A stretch of DNA of 64,000 bases, from NCBI GenBank assembly GCA_046156195.1, contig JBJXEX010000429.1, forward strand, positions 6,882-70,881. The letters are read 5' to 3'. A program made the position numbers and the translations under genes. Below the pieces are notes generated by a model, which saw only the letters and a program-made list of their open reading frames with translations, was not told where the DNA came from and made no database searches. This stretch comes from Planctomycetaceae bacterium. GTDB lineage: Bacteria > Planctomycetota > Planctomycetia > Planctomycetales > Planctomycetaceae. Positions 36,439 to 44,498 of this stretch are shown here, piece after piece; the stretch's first letter is position 1, and every line of letters starts with the position of its first letter.

Positions 36439-36647
36439 GGCCAGTCTCCCTGAAAAAGAGAAATGAAAAACGAGAAAGACAAGAATGGGCCGAACAGCCC
36501 GCAGCCGGCACCGAGAACGCCGACCGAAATGATGTTGGGATTCTCTCACCCGCCAACAGAAAGTGAAGATGCGTTTGTGGAGAGAACCAGCCGGTTGCTG
36601 TTCTCTCACCGCTTCGGTTCGCGATACTCCGCACAGCTACGAACGAG

Positions 36648-36726
36648 GCAGGCGAGCGGGGTGGCGTCAGCCCCCCGGTGCATTCATCACCGAACCGGGG
36701 AGGCTGACGCCGCTCCGCTCGCCTGC
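36648..36726. repeat. ~29-bp imperfect inverted repeat in a divergent intergenic region
   Basis: gcaggcgagcggggtggcgtcagcccccc (36648-36676) against ggggaggctgacgccgctccgctcgcctgc (36697-36726), with about 3 mismatches. It sits between the membrane-protein gene (minus) and the M48 gene (plus). Confidence 0.6.
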
Positions 36727-36794
36727 AAGTCTCTCGGAAGGCCGTGCGTCAAAGCGGTCCACTTGAGATGTCCCATCAAGCAAGGTGAAGCGTC

Positions 36795-37658
36795 ATGTCC
36801 TATGGCTATCGTTCTGATCGTGGCGGATTCCGCGTCCCTCCGCAGTGGATCATGGCGGGGGTGTTGGTGGTCTTCGGTCTCTTCAAGTTCCTGACGAGTT
36901 CGCAGGTCAATCCCGTCACCGGCGAGAAGCAGCACGTCGCGATGTCGGTCCCGCAAGAGATCGCGCTGGGAGTGCAATCGGCTCCCACGATGGCCGCGCA
37001 GATGGGAGGCGAAGTCGATCCCCACATGCCATCCGCTAGGCTGGTTCGCGAGGTCGGCGAGCGATTGATTGCTCAGGGGGTCGCGTCCCGGAGCCAATAC
37101 CGATTTCAGTTTCATCTGCTGCGTGACCCCAACATGGTCAACGCGTTTGCGTTACCCGGCGGGCAGATCTTCATCACCACCGGGTTGCTCAAACGCTTGC
37201 AGAACGAAGCTCAATTGGCCGGAGTGCTCGGCCACGAGATCGGTCACGTCATTCATCGGCACGCCGCGCAGCACATGGCTCAAGGAGAGTTCGGTCAAAT
37301 CCTGGTGACGGCGGTCGGTGTCGCGAGCAGCGATGACCGCCACTCCGGCCGAGCCAATCAGCAGGTGGCCGCGATGGTCAGTTCGATGGTGAACCTGAGC
37401 TACAGCCGAGGAGACGAAACTCAGTCGGATCAATTCGGATTGGAAGCAATGACCGCGGCCGGCTTCGATCCCTCCCAGATGTTGGGCGTGATGAAGATTC
37501 TGGCCGAGGCATCGAAAGGCAACCGCCAACCCGAATGGCTCGGTTCGCACCCGCACCCAGAGCATCGCGCCGAGCAGATCGAAACGTGGCTGCACAAGAA
37601 ATACCCGGACGGCATTCCCGGCAGTCTGACCGCCGGCCGCAAGCTCAAGTCGCGCTGA
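36795..37658 (+). CDS. M48-family zinc metallopeptidase (BepA/YfgC/LoiP-like)
   Basis: One N-terminal TM segment; NAFALPGGQIFITTGLL; HEIGH at 37233-37247; downstream E-rich GDETQSDQFG. Confidence 0.85.
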   Translation: MSYGYRSDRGGFRVPPQWIMAGVLVVFGLFKFLTSSQVNPVTGEKQHVAMSVPQEIALGVQSAPTMAAQMGGEVDPHMPSARLVREVGERLIAQGVASRSQYRFQFHLLRDPNMVNAFALPGGQIFITTGLLKRLQNEAQLAGVLGHEIGHVIHRHAAQHMAQGEFGQILVTAVGVASSDDRHSGRANQQVAAMVSSMVNLSYSRGDETQSDQFGLEAMTAAGFDPSQMLGVMKILAEASKGNRQPEWLGSHPHPEHRAEQIETWLHKKYPDGIPGSLTAGRKLKSR

Positions 37659-37701
37659 ACCGAAACCTCAATCTCGTCTTCAACGAATCGCAGACACTCC
37701 C

Positions 37702-38637
37702 ATGATGAATGCCCGCCTGTTTGACGTGAGCACTCGCACGCAGATCGAAGTCACCGGTCGCGACCGCGTGAAGTTCCTGCACAGCTTCTGCACGAACGAC
37801 ATCAAGAAGCTGCAACCGGGCCAAGGCTGCGAAGCGTTCATCACGAACGTGAATGGCAAAGTCCTCGGCCACATTTTCGTCTTCGCCGAGCGGGACTCGT
37901 TGTGGCTCGAATCTGTCGCTGGCTCAGCCGCGACGCTGCTGCCGCACCTCGACCGCTACCTCATCACCGAAGACGTCCAATTCACGGATCGCTCGGCCGA
38001 GTTCATGGAGTTGTTGATCGCTGGCCCACAATCCACCGAGTTCCTCGAACGGCTCGGCTTGCACCCCGTAACCACGTTGCCACTCTACGGACACATGGCG
38101 ATTGGTCCGATCGACTCATTTCCTGTCCGCTCAATCCGCCGAGTCGATTGGCTCGACTCACCGACTTGGCTGCTGTTGATTTCGCGAGACAAAAGTGAAG
38201 CGGTCCAGCGAACGCTTCCTGAATTTGGTCTGCAATCGGCCAATGCGGACGAATTCCATGCGCGCCGCATCGCCGCCGGGTTTCCGCTCTACGGCATCGA
38301 CATCACGGAGGAGAACCTCGCCCAAGAAGTCGGTCGCACTGAGTTGGCGATCTCGTTCACGAAGGGCTGCTATCTCGGACAAGAGCCGATCGCCCGCATC
38401 GACGCGATGGGACACGTCAACCGCCAACTCTGTCGCGTCGAACTTTCATCGGGGCCGTTGCCAACTCCCGGCACACCGATCCTCGACAAGCCGACTCCGG
38501 ACAGCAAACAAGTCGGTGCGATCACGTCGTCGGCAGGGACATCGGAAAGCGCAGTCGCACTGGCCTACCTTCGCACTGCCCACTCACGATCCGGCACGCA
38601 AGTGTTTGTCGATGGCCACGAAGGCCGTGTGTTGTGA
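37702..38637 (+). CDS. ygfZ: YgfZ/CAF17-family folate-binding protein (GcvT-like fold)
   Basis: GcvT-like N-terminus (IEVTGRDRVKFLHSFCTNDI) and the family signature FTKGCYLGQEPIARI. Confidence 0.75.
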   Translation: MMNARLFDVSTRTQIEVTGRDRVKFLHSFCTNDIKKLQPGQGCEAFITNVNGKVLGHIFVFAERDSLWLESVAGSAATLLPHLDRYLITEDVQFTDRSAEFMELLIAGPQSTEFLERLGLHPVTTLPLYGHMAIGPIDSFPVRSIRRVDWLDSPTWLLLISRDKSEAVQRTLPEFGLQSANADEFHARRIAAGFPLYGIDITEENLAQEVGRTELAISFTKGCYLGQEPIARIDAMGHVNRQLCRVELSSGPLPTPGTPILDKPTPDSKQVGAITSSAGTSESAVALAYLRTAHSRSGTQVFVDGHEGRVL

Positions 38638-38649
38638 GGTCCGCCTGGT

Positions 38650-38757
38650 CCGGCCGATCGCCGTGAGCCGATTGCCGATCGCCGTTATTCCGTTTTTAAG
38701 AGCGTTCGGAAAAGGATCACGGCGGCGAACGGCTATCGGCTGTCGGCATTCGGCCGG
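38650..38757. repeat. Inverted pair of a ~45-nt 'A-run + gatcacggc..atcggc' motif (same family as 42107-42191); possibly also the terminator of ygfZ
   Basis: ccggccgatcgccgtgagccgattgccgatcgccgttattccgttttt (38650-38697), then aaaaggatcacggcggcgaacggctatcggctgtcggcattcggccgg (38710-38757). Within it, acggctatcggctgtcggc matches acggccatcggctgtcggc at 42116-42134. Confidence 0.55.
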
Positions 38758-38862
38758 CAGATTCGACCAACGCTCGCGAGGCGCGCAGGCTTGCGATAGC
38801 TTGCTCGCCTCGCGCTTCAACGTGACGCGCCGCAGGCTTCCCACCTTGAGGAGTCCCCCGCC

Positions 38863-40176
38863 ATGACCCACTCGCCGAATCCGCCGTCTTCGTCGTTCGA
38901 TCGTCGTGACTTCTTGCAGGCGAGCGCCGCACTCGGTGCGGGGCTGTGGGCGTCGGGAGTGACCAAGCTCTCGGCGGATGATGCGGAGACGAGAAAGCTC
39001 AACGTCGGTGTGATGGGACTCAGCCGCGGACTTGGTCACGTCGATGCGCTGCTCAAGATGGAGAAAGAAAAGAACGTCGAGATCGCGTATCTCTGCGAGG
39101 TCGATAGCAACCGGCTCGAACGCGGACAAAAAATCGTCACCGATAAGAGCGGCCGAACTCCGCAAGGTGTGACGGACTTCCGCAAGATGCTGGAAGACCC
39201 GACGCTCGATGCGGTCTTTATCGCCACCTGTAATCACTGGCACGCACCGGCGGCGATCCTGGCTTGTTCGGCCGGCAAGCACGTCTATGTCGAGAAGCCC
39301 GGCAGCCACAACGCGGCCGAGGGTGAGATGATCGTCGCGGCGGCTCGCAAAAATAAACGAGTCGTGCAGATGGGCAATCAACGCCGCAGTTGGCCGGTCG
39401 TGCAAGAGGCGATCGAGAAGCTCAAGGCGGGAGCGATCGGCAAAGTGATGATGGCTCGCTGCGTCTACAACGGAGCTCGTGGCCCGATTGGTAAAGGAGT
39501 CGTGCAGGCTCCGCCGCCGCATCTCGATTACGAACTGTGGCAAGGCCCAGCTCCCGACCGGCCGTACAAGTCCAACTTGATCCCGTACAACTGGCACTGG
39601 CATTGGCACTGGGGCGGCGGCGAGATGGCCAACAACGGCATCCACGGACTGGATGTCGCCCGCTGGGGCTTGGGAGTTGAATGCCCCTCAACGGTCTCGT
39701 TCGTCGGTGGGCGATACGCTCACGATGACGATCAAGAGACGCCCGACACCGGCACCGCCATGTTTCACTTCGGCGATAAGGCCATCTCCTGGGACGTCAG
39801 CAGTTGTCACCCCCGTCGTGGCGAGAACCTGCCGTTCGTCACCTTCTACGGCAGCGAGGGAACTCTGCAGCTCGAACCGGGCATGCGAATTCTCGATCTG
39901 CAAGGCAAAGAGGTTGAGAAGAAGACGAACGAAGTCGGCAACGGCGACGTGATTCATATGGGCAATTTCCTGGACGCGATCCGCACCGGCAAGACGCCCA
40001 ACTCCGAGATCGCCATCGGTCAGGCGAGCACGCTGCTGTGTCATGTGGCCAACATCGCCTATCGCACCGGCCACACGCTGCACCTCGATCCGCAGACGAA
40101 GAAGATCGTCAACGATGAGGAGGCCATGAAGTTCTGGGGCCGCGAGTATCGCAAAGGCTGGGAGCCGAAAGTGTGA
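38863..40176 (+). CDS. Gfo/Idh/MocA-family oxidoreductase with a twin-arginine signal
   Basis: TAT-type leader SFDRRDFLQASAALGAGLWA; Rossmann motif VGVMGLSRGLGH; EKP motif VYVEKPGSH. Confidence 0.85.
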   Translation: MTHSPNPPSSSFDRRDFLQASAALGAGLWASGVTKLSADDAETRKLNVGVMGLSRGLGHVDALLKMEKEKNVEIAYLCEVDSNRLERGQKIVTDKSGRTPQGVTDFRKMLEDPTLDAVFIATCNHWHAPAAILACSAGKHVYVEKPGSHNAAEGEMIVAAARKNKRVVQMGNQRRSWPVVQEAIEKLKAGAIGKVMMARCVYNGARGPIGKGVVQAPPPHLDYELWQGPAPDRPYKSNLIPYNWHWHWHWGGGEMANNGIHGLDVARWGLGVECPSTVSFVGGRYAHDDDQETPDTGTAMFHFGDKAISWDVSSCHPRRGENLPFVTFYGSEGTLQLEPGMRILDLQGKEVEKKTNEVGNGDVIHMGNFLDAIRTGKTPNSEIAIGQASTLLCHVANIAYRTGHTLHLDPQTKKIVNDEEAMKFWGREYRKGWEPKV

Positions 40177-40309
40177 TGCGGCTGCCCCCATCCAGTTCGC
40201 CTGGATGGAGCGAACGATGGCGAGCTAACGATGGGGGCGTTTCTCGAAACCGGAATTGCCCACCACTACGATCACCGACCAATCAAGCCCACTCACCGAT
40301 GGAGATCCC

Positions 40310-41341
40310 ATGTCCGATACCACCAATCGCCGAGAGTTCCTGTCCGCCGCCGGAGTCGTCGCCGTCAGCGCGTGTGCTGGCTTAAGTCTTCCGCTGGCGG
40401 CTCAAGAACAGAAGCAAAAGCAGCTCTTGCAAGCGGCACCAAAGAAAGAGGGCACCGTGAATCAGAATGACTTGGCCATTTGCGACACGCATCAGCATCT
40501 GTGGGATTTGTCGAAGCTCAGCCTGCCGTGGCTGAAGGGGGACGAGGTCCAGAAGATCAACCGCAGCTTCTTGATGTCGGACTACCTCAAGCTGGTCGGG
40601 GCGCACAAAGTCACGAAGACGGTCTACATGGAGGTCAACGTCGATCCCAAGCACCAGACAGCCGAGGCCGAATATGTGCTCGACCTGTGCGGCAAGAAGG
40701 ACAACCCGATGTGTGGGGCGATCATTGGCGGCTCACCTCAGTCGGCCGAGTTCGCGAAGTACATGGAACCGTTCGCGACGAACGCTCGGATCAATGGCGT
40801 GAGGACCGTGCTGCACGATCCCGATCGGCCCAAGGGGATGTGTCTCGAAAAGACGTTCGTCGAGAACGTCAAGCGGCTCGGCGACATGGGCAAGAGTTTC
40901 GATCTCTGCATGAGACCGGAGGAGATCGGTGACGGCGCGAAGCTCGGCGAGTTGTGTCCCAAGACGACGCTGGTCGTCGATCACTGCGGGAACATGCCGG
41001 TCCACTCGGAGGACAAAGCTCTGCGCGAAGCGTGGATGAAAGGGATGAAAGCCGCGGCCGCTCGGCCGAACACGTTCTGCAAGATCTCCGGCATCATCGT
41101 CACCGCGAAGCCCGACGCTTGGAAGCCGAGCGATCTGGAACCGAATATCAGCTTCTGCTTGGAAACCTTCGGCATCGACCGCTGCTTCTTCGGCGGCGAC
41201 TGGCCGGTCTGCACGCTGACCGCTCCGCTGGCCGATTGGATTTCCGCGCTCAAGGAAATCGTGAAAGACAAGCCGCTCGACTGGCAGAAGAAACTGTTTC
41301 ACGACAACGCCGTGCGGGTCTACAAGGTCGCGAACAAATGA
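40310..41341 (+). CDS. Amidohydrolase-2 (TIM-barrel metal-dependent hydrolase) family protein with a TAT-like signal
   Basis: Track ORF 40256..41341. ATG 40310 follows GGAGA. Leader MSDTTNRREFLSAAGVVAVSACAGL; ICDTHQHLWDL metal-binding motif; VVDHCG; FGGDWPV. Confidence 0.8.
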   Translation: MSDTTNRREFLSAAGVVAVSACAGLSLPLAAQEQKQKQLLQAAPKKEGTVNQNDLAICDTHQHLWDLSKLSLPWLKGDEVQKINRSFLMSDYLKLVGAHKVTKTVYMEVNVDPKHQTAEAEYVLDLCGKKDNPMCGAIIGGSPQSAEFAKYMEPFATNARINGVRTVLHDPDRPKGMCLEKTFVENVKRLGDMGKSFDLCMRPEEIGDGAKLGELCPKTTLVVDHCGNMPVHSEDKALREAWMKGMKAAAARPNTFCKISGIIVTAKPDAWKPSDLEPNISFCLETFGIDRCFFGGDWPVCTLTAPLADWISALKEIVKDKPLDWQKKLFHDNAVRVYKVANK

Positions 41342-41368
41342 CACATCGGTTGACGGCGAGAATCCGTA

Positions 41369-41800
41369 ATGATTTTGGATCACAACGATATTCGCAGCTC
41401 GCTGGCTGATGCTTGGCAACGATCGCAACCGGACTCGCCCAAAGCTCATGAAGAAGGCGGCTTCATTGTTCAGCGAGAAGATGGCTCGCTATTCGTCATT
41501 GGCTGGCCGCGTGGTGTGCAAGATCGAATTCGGGTTCCGGCACATCCGGGTGGCAGATGCGGCAACATGACAATCATCGCCACGTTTCACACTCACCCGA
41601 ATTCCGGAGCCGGCTTTCAGCAAGACCCCAGCTTGACAGACATTCGAGCGGTTCGCGATGACCCTGACCTGTCACATTCCGGATATGAAGGGGAATACGT
41701 CATATCCCGTCGTTTGATTTTTCGCATACTTCGCTCAGGTGATGTGCTCGTTCTCGGCGAGACTCAGCGATTGTTGGAGTTACCGAATTCGGAGGCTTGA
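41369..41800 (+). CDS. JAB/MPN-like or DUF4329-like small protein
   Basis: HEEGGFIVQREDGSLFVIGWPRG...IIATFHTHPNSGAGFQQDPSLTDI. HTHPN is at 41588-41602, with an upstream Glu and a downstream S..D. G+C is lower than in the flanks: my hand count is 63 of the first 120 nt. Confidence 0.6.
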   Translation: MILDHNDIRSSLADAWQRSQPDSPKAHEEGGFIVQREDGSLFVIGWPRGVQDRIRVPAHPGGRCGNMTIIATFHTHPNSGAGFQQDPSLTDIRAVRDDPDLSHSGYEGEYVISRRLIFRILRSGDVLVLGETQRLLELPNSEA

Positions 41801-41802
41801 CG

Positions 41803-42072
41803 ATGTCGGTCGTAACGCTGGAAGAAATTCAACAAGACTCCGTGGCGATGTCGGTCGCTCACGCGTTGCAGTTGGCCAACCGAGCGGCGGTGGCTCACGG
41901 GACTGACCCGACGACGTCGATCATCACAATCTCAGCGGAAGCGTCTCATCCGGCTTCGTGGTGGCGAATTCATTATGGACCTCGCGATTATGTGTCTCGG
42001 CGCGGAGGCGATCTGATCGTGACGGTGGACTCCGCGGCTGGCCATGTCGAACAGGTTCTGCGGGGCCAATGA
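41803..42072 (+). CDS. Small hypothetical protein (89-91 aa), partner of the JAB-like gene
   Basis: Track ORF 41797..42072 (TTG). ATG 41803 lies 7 nt after GGAGG, and the ORF overlaps or abuts the upstream stop (41798-41800). Sequence: MSVVTLEEIQQDSVAMSVAHALQLANRAAV...WWRIHYGPRDYVSRRGGDLIVTVDSAAGHVEQVL. Confidence 0.5.
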   Translation: MSVVTLEEIQQDSVAMSVAHALQLANRAAVAHGTDPTTSIITISAEASHPASWWRIHYGPRDYVSRRGGDLIVTVDSAAGHVEQVLRGQ

Positions 42073-42106
42073 CGCTTGCTCAGCAGGACTGTGATGTTGG
42101 TCTCAG

Positions 42107-42191
42107 AAAAACGATAACGGCCATCGGCTGTCGGCCCACGGCGTTCGGCCGGAAGCCGATGGCCGAACGCCGATGGCCGTGATCCTTTTTT
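42107..42191 (+). terminator. Intrinsic-terminator-like long hairpin flanked by an A-run and a T-run; member of the 'gat(a/c)acggc..atcggc' repeat family
   Basis: aaaaacgataacggccatcggc ... gccgatggccgtgatcctttttt, with an inner hairpin gttcggcc/ggccgaac. It begins 35 nt after the stop at 42072. The T6 run is at 42186-42191. Confidence 0.6.
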
Positions 42192-42215
42192 CGAATCTCA
42201 ATCGAAGGCGATCCC

Positions 42216-44414
42216 ATGTCTGCACGTCGTCTGTTAATGCCGTTGGTGTTCGTGGTCTTCGTGGCAACGGTCGGTTTTGCGGACGATCCGAAGCCCAACC
42301 GATCAACCGCCGATCTCGTTGCCGAGCTGAAACCGTCGATCGTCGTCATCACCTTCTCCGGCCGAGACGGCAAGCAGGAGGGACTCGGCACCGGCTTCGT
42401 CGTTTCGGAAGACGGATTGATCGCGACGAACTATCACGTCATCGGCGAGGGTCGGCCGATCTCCGTGCAGTTCGCGGACGGGACCAAGCGAGAGGTCATT
42501 GAGGTGCGGGCCTCTGATCGGCAACTCGACTTGGCGATCGTGAAGATTGACCAGAAGGGGCTGAAGCCGCTCGAACTGGGCGACGCGACCAAGTCGAAGG
42601 ACGGGCAATCGGTCGTCGCGGTCGGCAACCCGCGCGGGTTGAAGCACAGCGTGGTTGAGGGTGTCATCAGCGGCCAGCGCGAGATTGAGGGGCGGCCAAT
42701 GCTGCAATTGGCGATGCCCATCGAGGCGGGGAACAGCGGTGGGCCTCTGGTGGATCGCGATGGCCGAGTGCTCGGAATCATCACATTGAAATCGCTGGTG
42801 ACGGACAATCTTGGATTCGCGATCTCGGTGAATTCGCTGAAGCCGCTGTTGGAGAAACCCAACCCGATTCCGATGTCGCGTTGGCTGACGATTGGACAAC
42901 TCAACCCACGCGATTGGACGCCGCTGTTCGGAGCACGCTGGCGACGGCGCGAAGGACGCATCGCGGTCGAAGGTCTCGGCAACGGCTTCGGAGGCCGGTC
43001 GCTGTGTCTGTCGAAGCAAGCTGTCCCCGACAAACCGTTCGAGCTTTCCGTCAATGTGAAGTTCACGCCGGAGGACGGCGCGGCGGGACTCGTCTTCCAC
43101 GCGGATGGCAACGACAAGCATTACGGATTTTATCCCAGCAACGGCGGCTTCCGGCTCAGCCGCTTCGATGGCCCGGATGTCTTTCAATGGAAGGTTCTGC
43201 GTGAGACTCGCAGCGAGGCGTACAAGCCGAACGATTGGAATGAGATCAAAGTCCGTGTCGAGAAGGATCGCATCGTCTGCTTCGTGAATGGAACGCAGAT
43301 CATCGAATCGACCGATGACGAACTTCGCGGCGGACAGATCGGCCTCGCGAAGTTTCGTCACACCGAAGCGGAGTTTCGCGGCTTCCGCATCGTGTCCGAA
43401 AGCGGCTCGCAAACGTCGGCGGAGACCGCTCAGCGGATCGGCGATCTCATCAAGGACATCTCGGCGAAACAAGCCGCGCCGCTGAAGGTGCTCGAACAAC
43501 TCACACCAGACGGCGCGGCCGCCGGAGCTGTCTTGCGCGAGAAGGCCAAGGAACTCGAACAGCAGGCCGAGCGGCTGCGACAGCTCGCGAACGATGTGCA
43601 TGTCAAGAAGGTTCAAGCCGAGTTGCGAAAGCTGATCGAAGGCAAAGAGGAAAATCAGATTGATTTGCTCGCCGCCGCGTTGTGGGTCGCCGCGCTCGAC
43701 CATGAAGAGCTGGATGTCGCCGACTATTGCCAGGAGATCAACGACCTCGCGGCCGAGTTAAAGAAGTCGCTCCCCGCCGACGCGGATGACACGGCCAAGC
43801 TGGCCGCGCTCAAGAAATTCTTCTTCGAGGAACTCGGCTTCCACGGCGGACGGACGAATTACTACGCCAAGGCGAACAACCATCTGAACACCGTCATCGA
43901 CGACCGCGAGGGGATGCCGATCACACTCTCGATTCTCTACATCGAGCTTGGTCGCCGAGTCGGTTTGAATCTGGTCGGCGTCGGCCTGCCCAGCCACTTC
44001 GTCGCGAGATACGAACCGAAGGAAGGGGACTCACAACTGATCGACGTGTTTGAAGGGGGCGTCTCGCTAACTCGGCAAGAGGCCGAAGAGCGGGTCTTCA
44101 AGAACACCGGTCGGCCTGCTCGCGACGAGCACTTCGTCACCGCGAAGCCGCGCGACATTCTGGTCCGCGTGATCGGCAACCTGATGGGGCGTGCTCAGCA
44201 GGATCGGGATGTCGAGGCGATGTTCCATTACTGCGACACGACCCTCACGCTCAACCCGGCGTCGGCCGAGCATCGGGCCATGCGATTTGAAATTTCCGCG
44301 TTCACGAAACGGCTCGACCAAGCTCGCGCCGATGGAGACTGGTTGATCAAGCAGCAGCCCGATGGGATCAATCTGGAGCGAGTGGAAGCGATTCGCAATC
44401 AGCTTGGAAAGTGA
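42216..44414 (+). CDS. Secreted three-part fusion: S1C (DegP/HtrA-like) serine protease + DUF1080-like jelly-roll domain + coiled coil + SirB1/transglutaminase-like (UPF0162) with a TPR-like end
   Basis: Signal MSARRLLMPLVFVVFVATVGFA. Protease motifs TNYHVI, DLAIVKI, GNSGGPLVD. Middle domain WNEIKVRVEKDRIVCFVNG...GQIGLAKFRHTEAEFRGFRI. C-terminus NYYAKANNHLNTVIDDREGMPITLSILYIELGRRVGLNLVGVGLPSHFVARY. Confidence 0.8.
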   Translation: MSARRLLMPLVFVVFVATVGFADDPKPNRSTADLVAELKPSIVVITFSGRDGKQEGLGTGFVVSEDGLIATNYHVIGEGRPISVQFADGTKREVIEVRASDRQLDLAIVKIDQKGLKPLELGDATKSKDGQSVVAVGNPRGLKHSVVEGVISGQREIEGRPMLQLAMPIEAGNSGGPLVDRDGRVLGIITLKSLVTDNLGFAISVNSLKPLLEKPNPIPMSRWLTIGQLNPRDWTPLFGARWRRREGRIAVEGLGNGFGGRSLCLSKQAVPDKPFELSVNVKFTPEDGAAGLVFHADGNDKHYGFYPSNGGFRLSRFDGPDVFQWKVLRETRSEAYKPNDWNEIKVRVEKDRIVCFVNGTQIIESTDDELRGGQIGLAKFRHTEAEFRGFRIVSESGSQTSAETAQRIGDLIKDISAKQAAPLKVLEQLTPDGAAAGAVLREKAKELEQQAERLRQLANDVHVKKVQAELRKLIEGKEENQIDLLAAALWVAALDHEELDVADYCQEINDLAAELKKSLPADADDTAKLAALKKFFFEELGFHGGRTNYYAKANNHLNTVIDDREGMPITLSILYIELGRRVGLNLVGVGLPSHFVARYEPKEGDSQLIDVFEGGVSLTRQEAEERVFKNTGRPARDEHFVTAKPRDILVRVIGNLMGRAQQDRDVEAMFHYCDTTLTLNPASAEHRAMRFEISAFTKRLDQARADGDWLIKQQPDGINLERVEAIRNQLGK

Positions 44415-44424
44415 TCCGCATTCT

Positions 44425-44498
44425 GAGCGGCACGGCGCTAGCCGCCGGTGAATCGCAGGGCTCACCCTTCATTACCGGCGGCTAGCGCCGTGCCGCTC
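44425..44498. terminator. 25-bp perfect-stem hairpin shared by convergent genes; its right arm lies inside the cfa coding sequence
   Basis: gagcggcacggcgctagccgccggt (44425-44449) pairs with accggcggctagcgccgtgccgctc (44474-44498). It starts 11 nt after the plus-gene stop (44414). The cfa stop is at 44472-44474. Confidence 0.55.

Noticed and set aside
42303-43703. Minus-strand ORF of 466 aa.
   Set aside because: It is antisense to the protease-DUF1080-SirB1 fusion gene and has no motifs.
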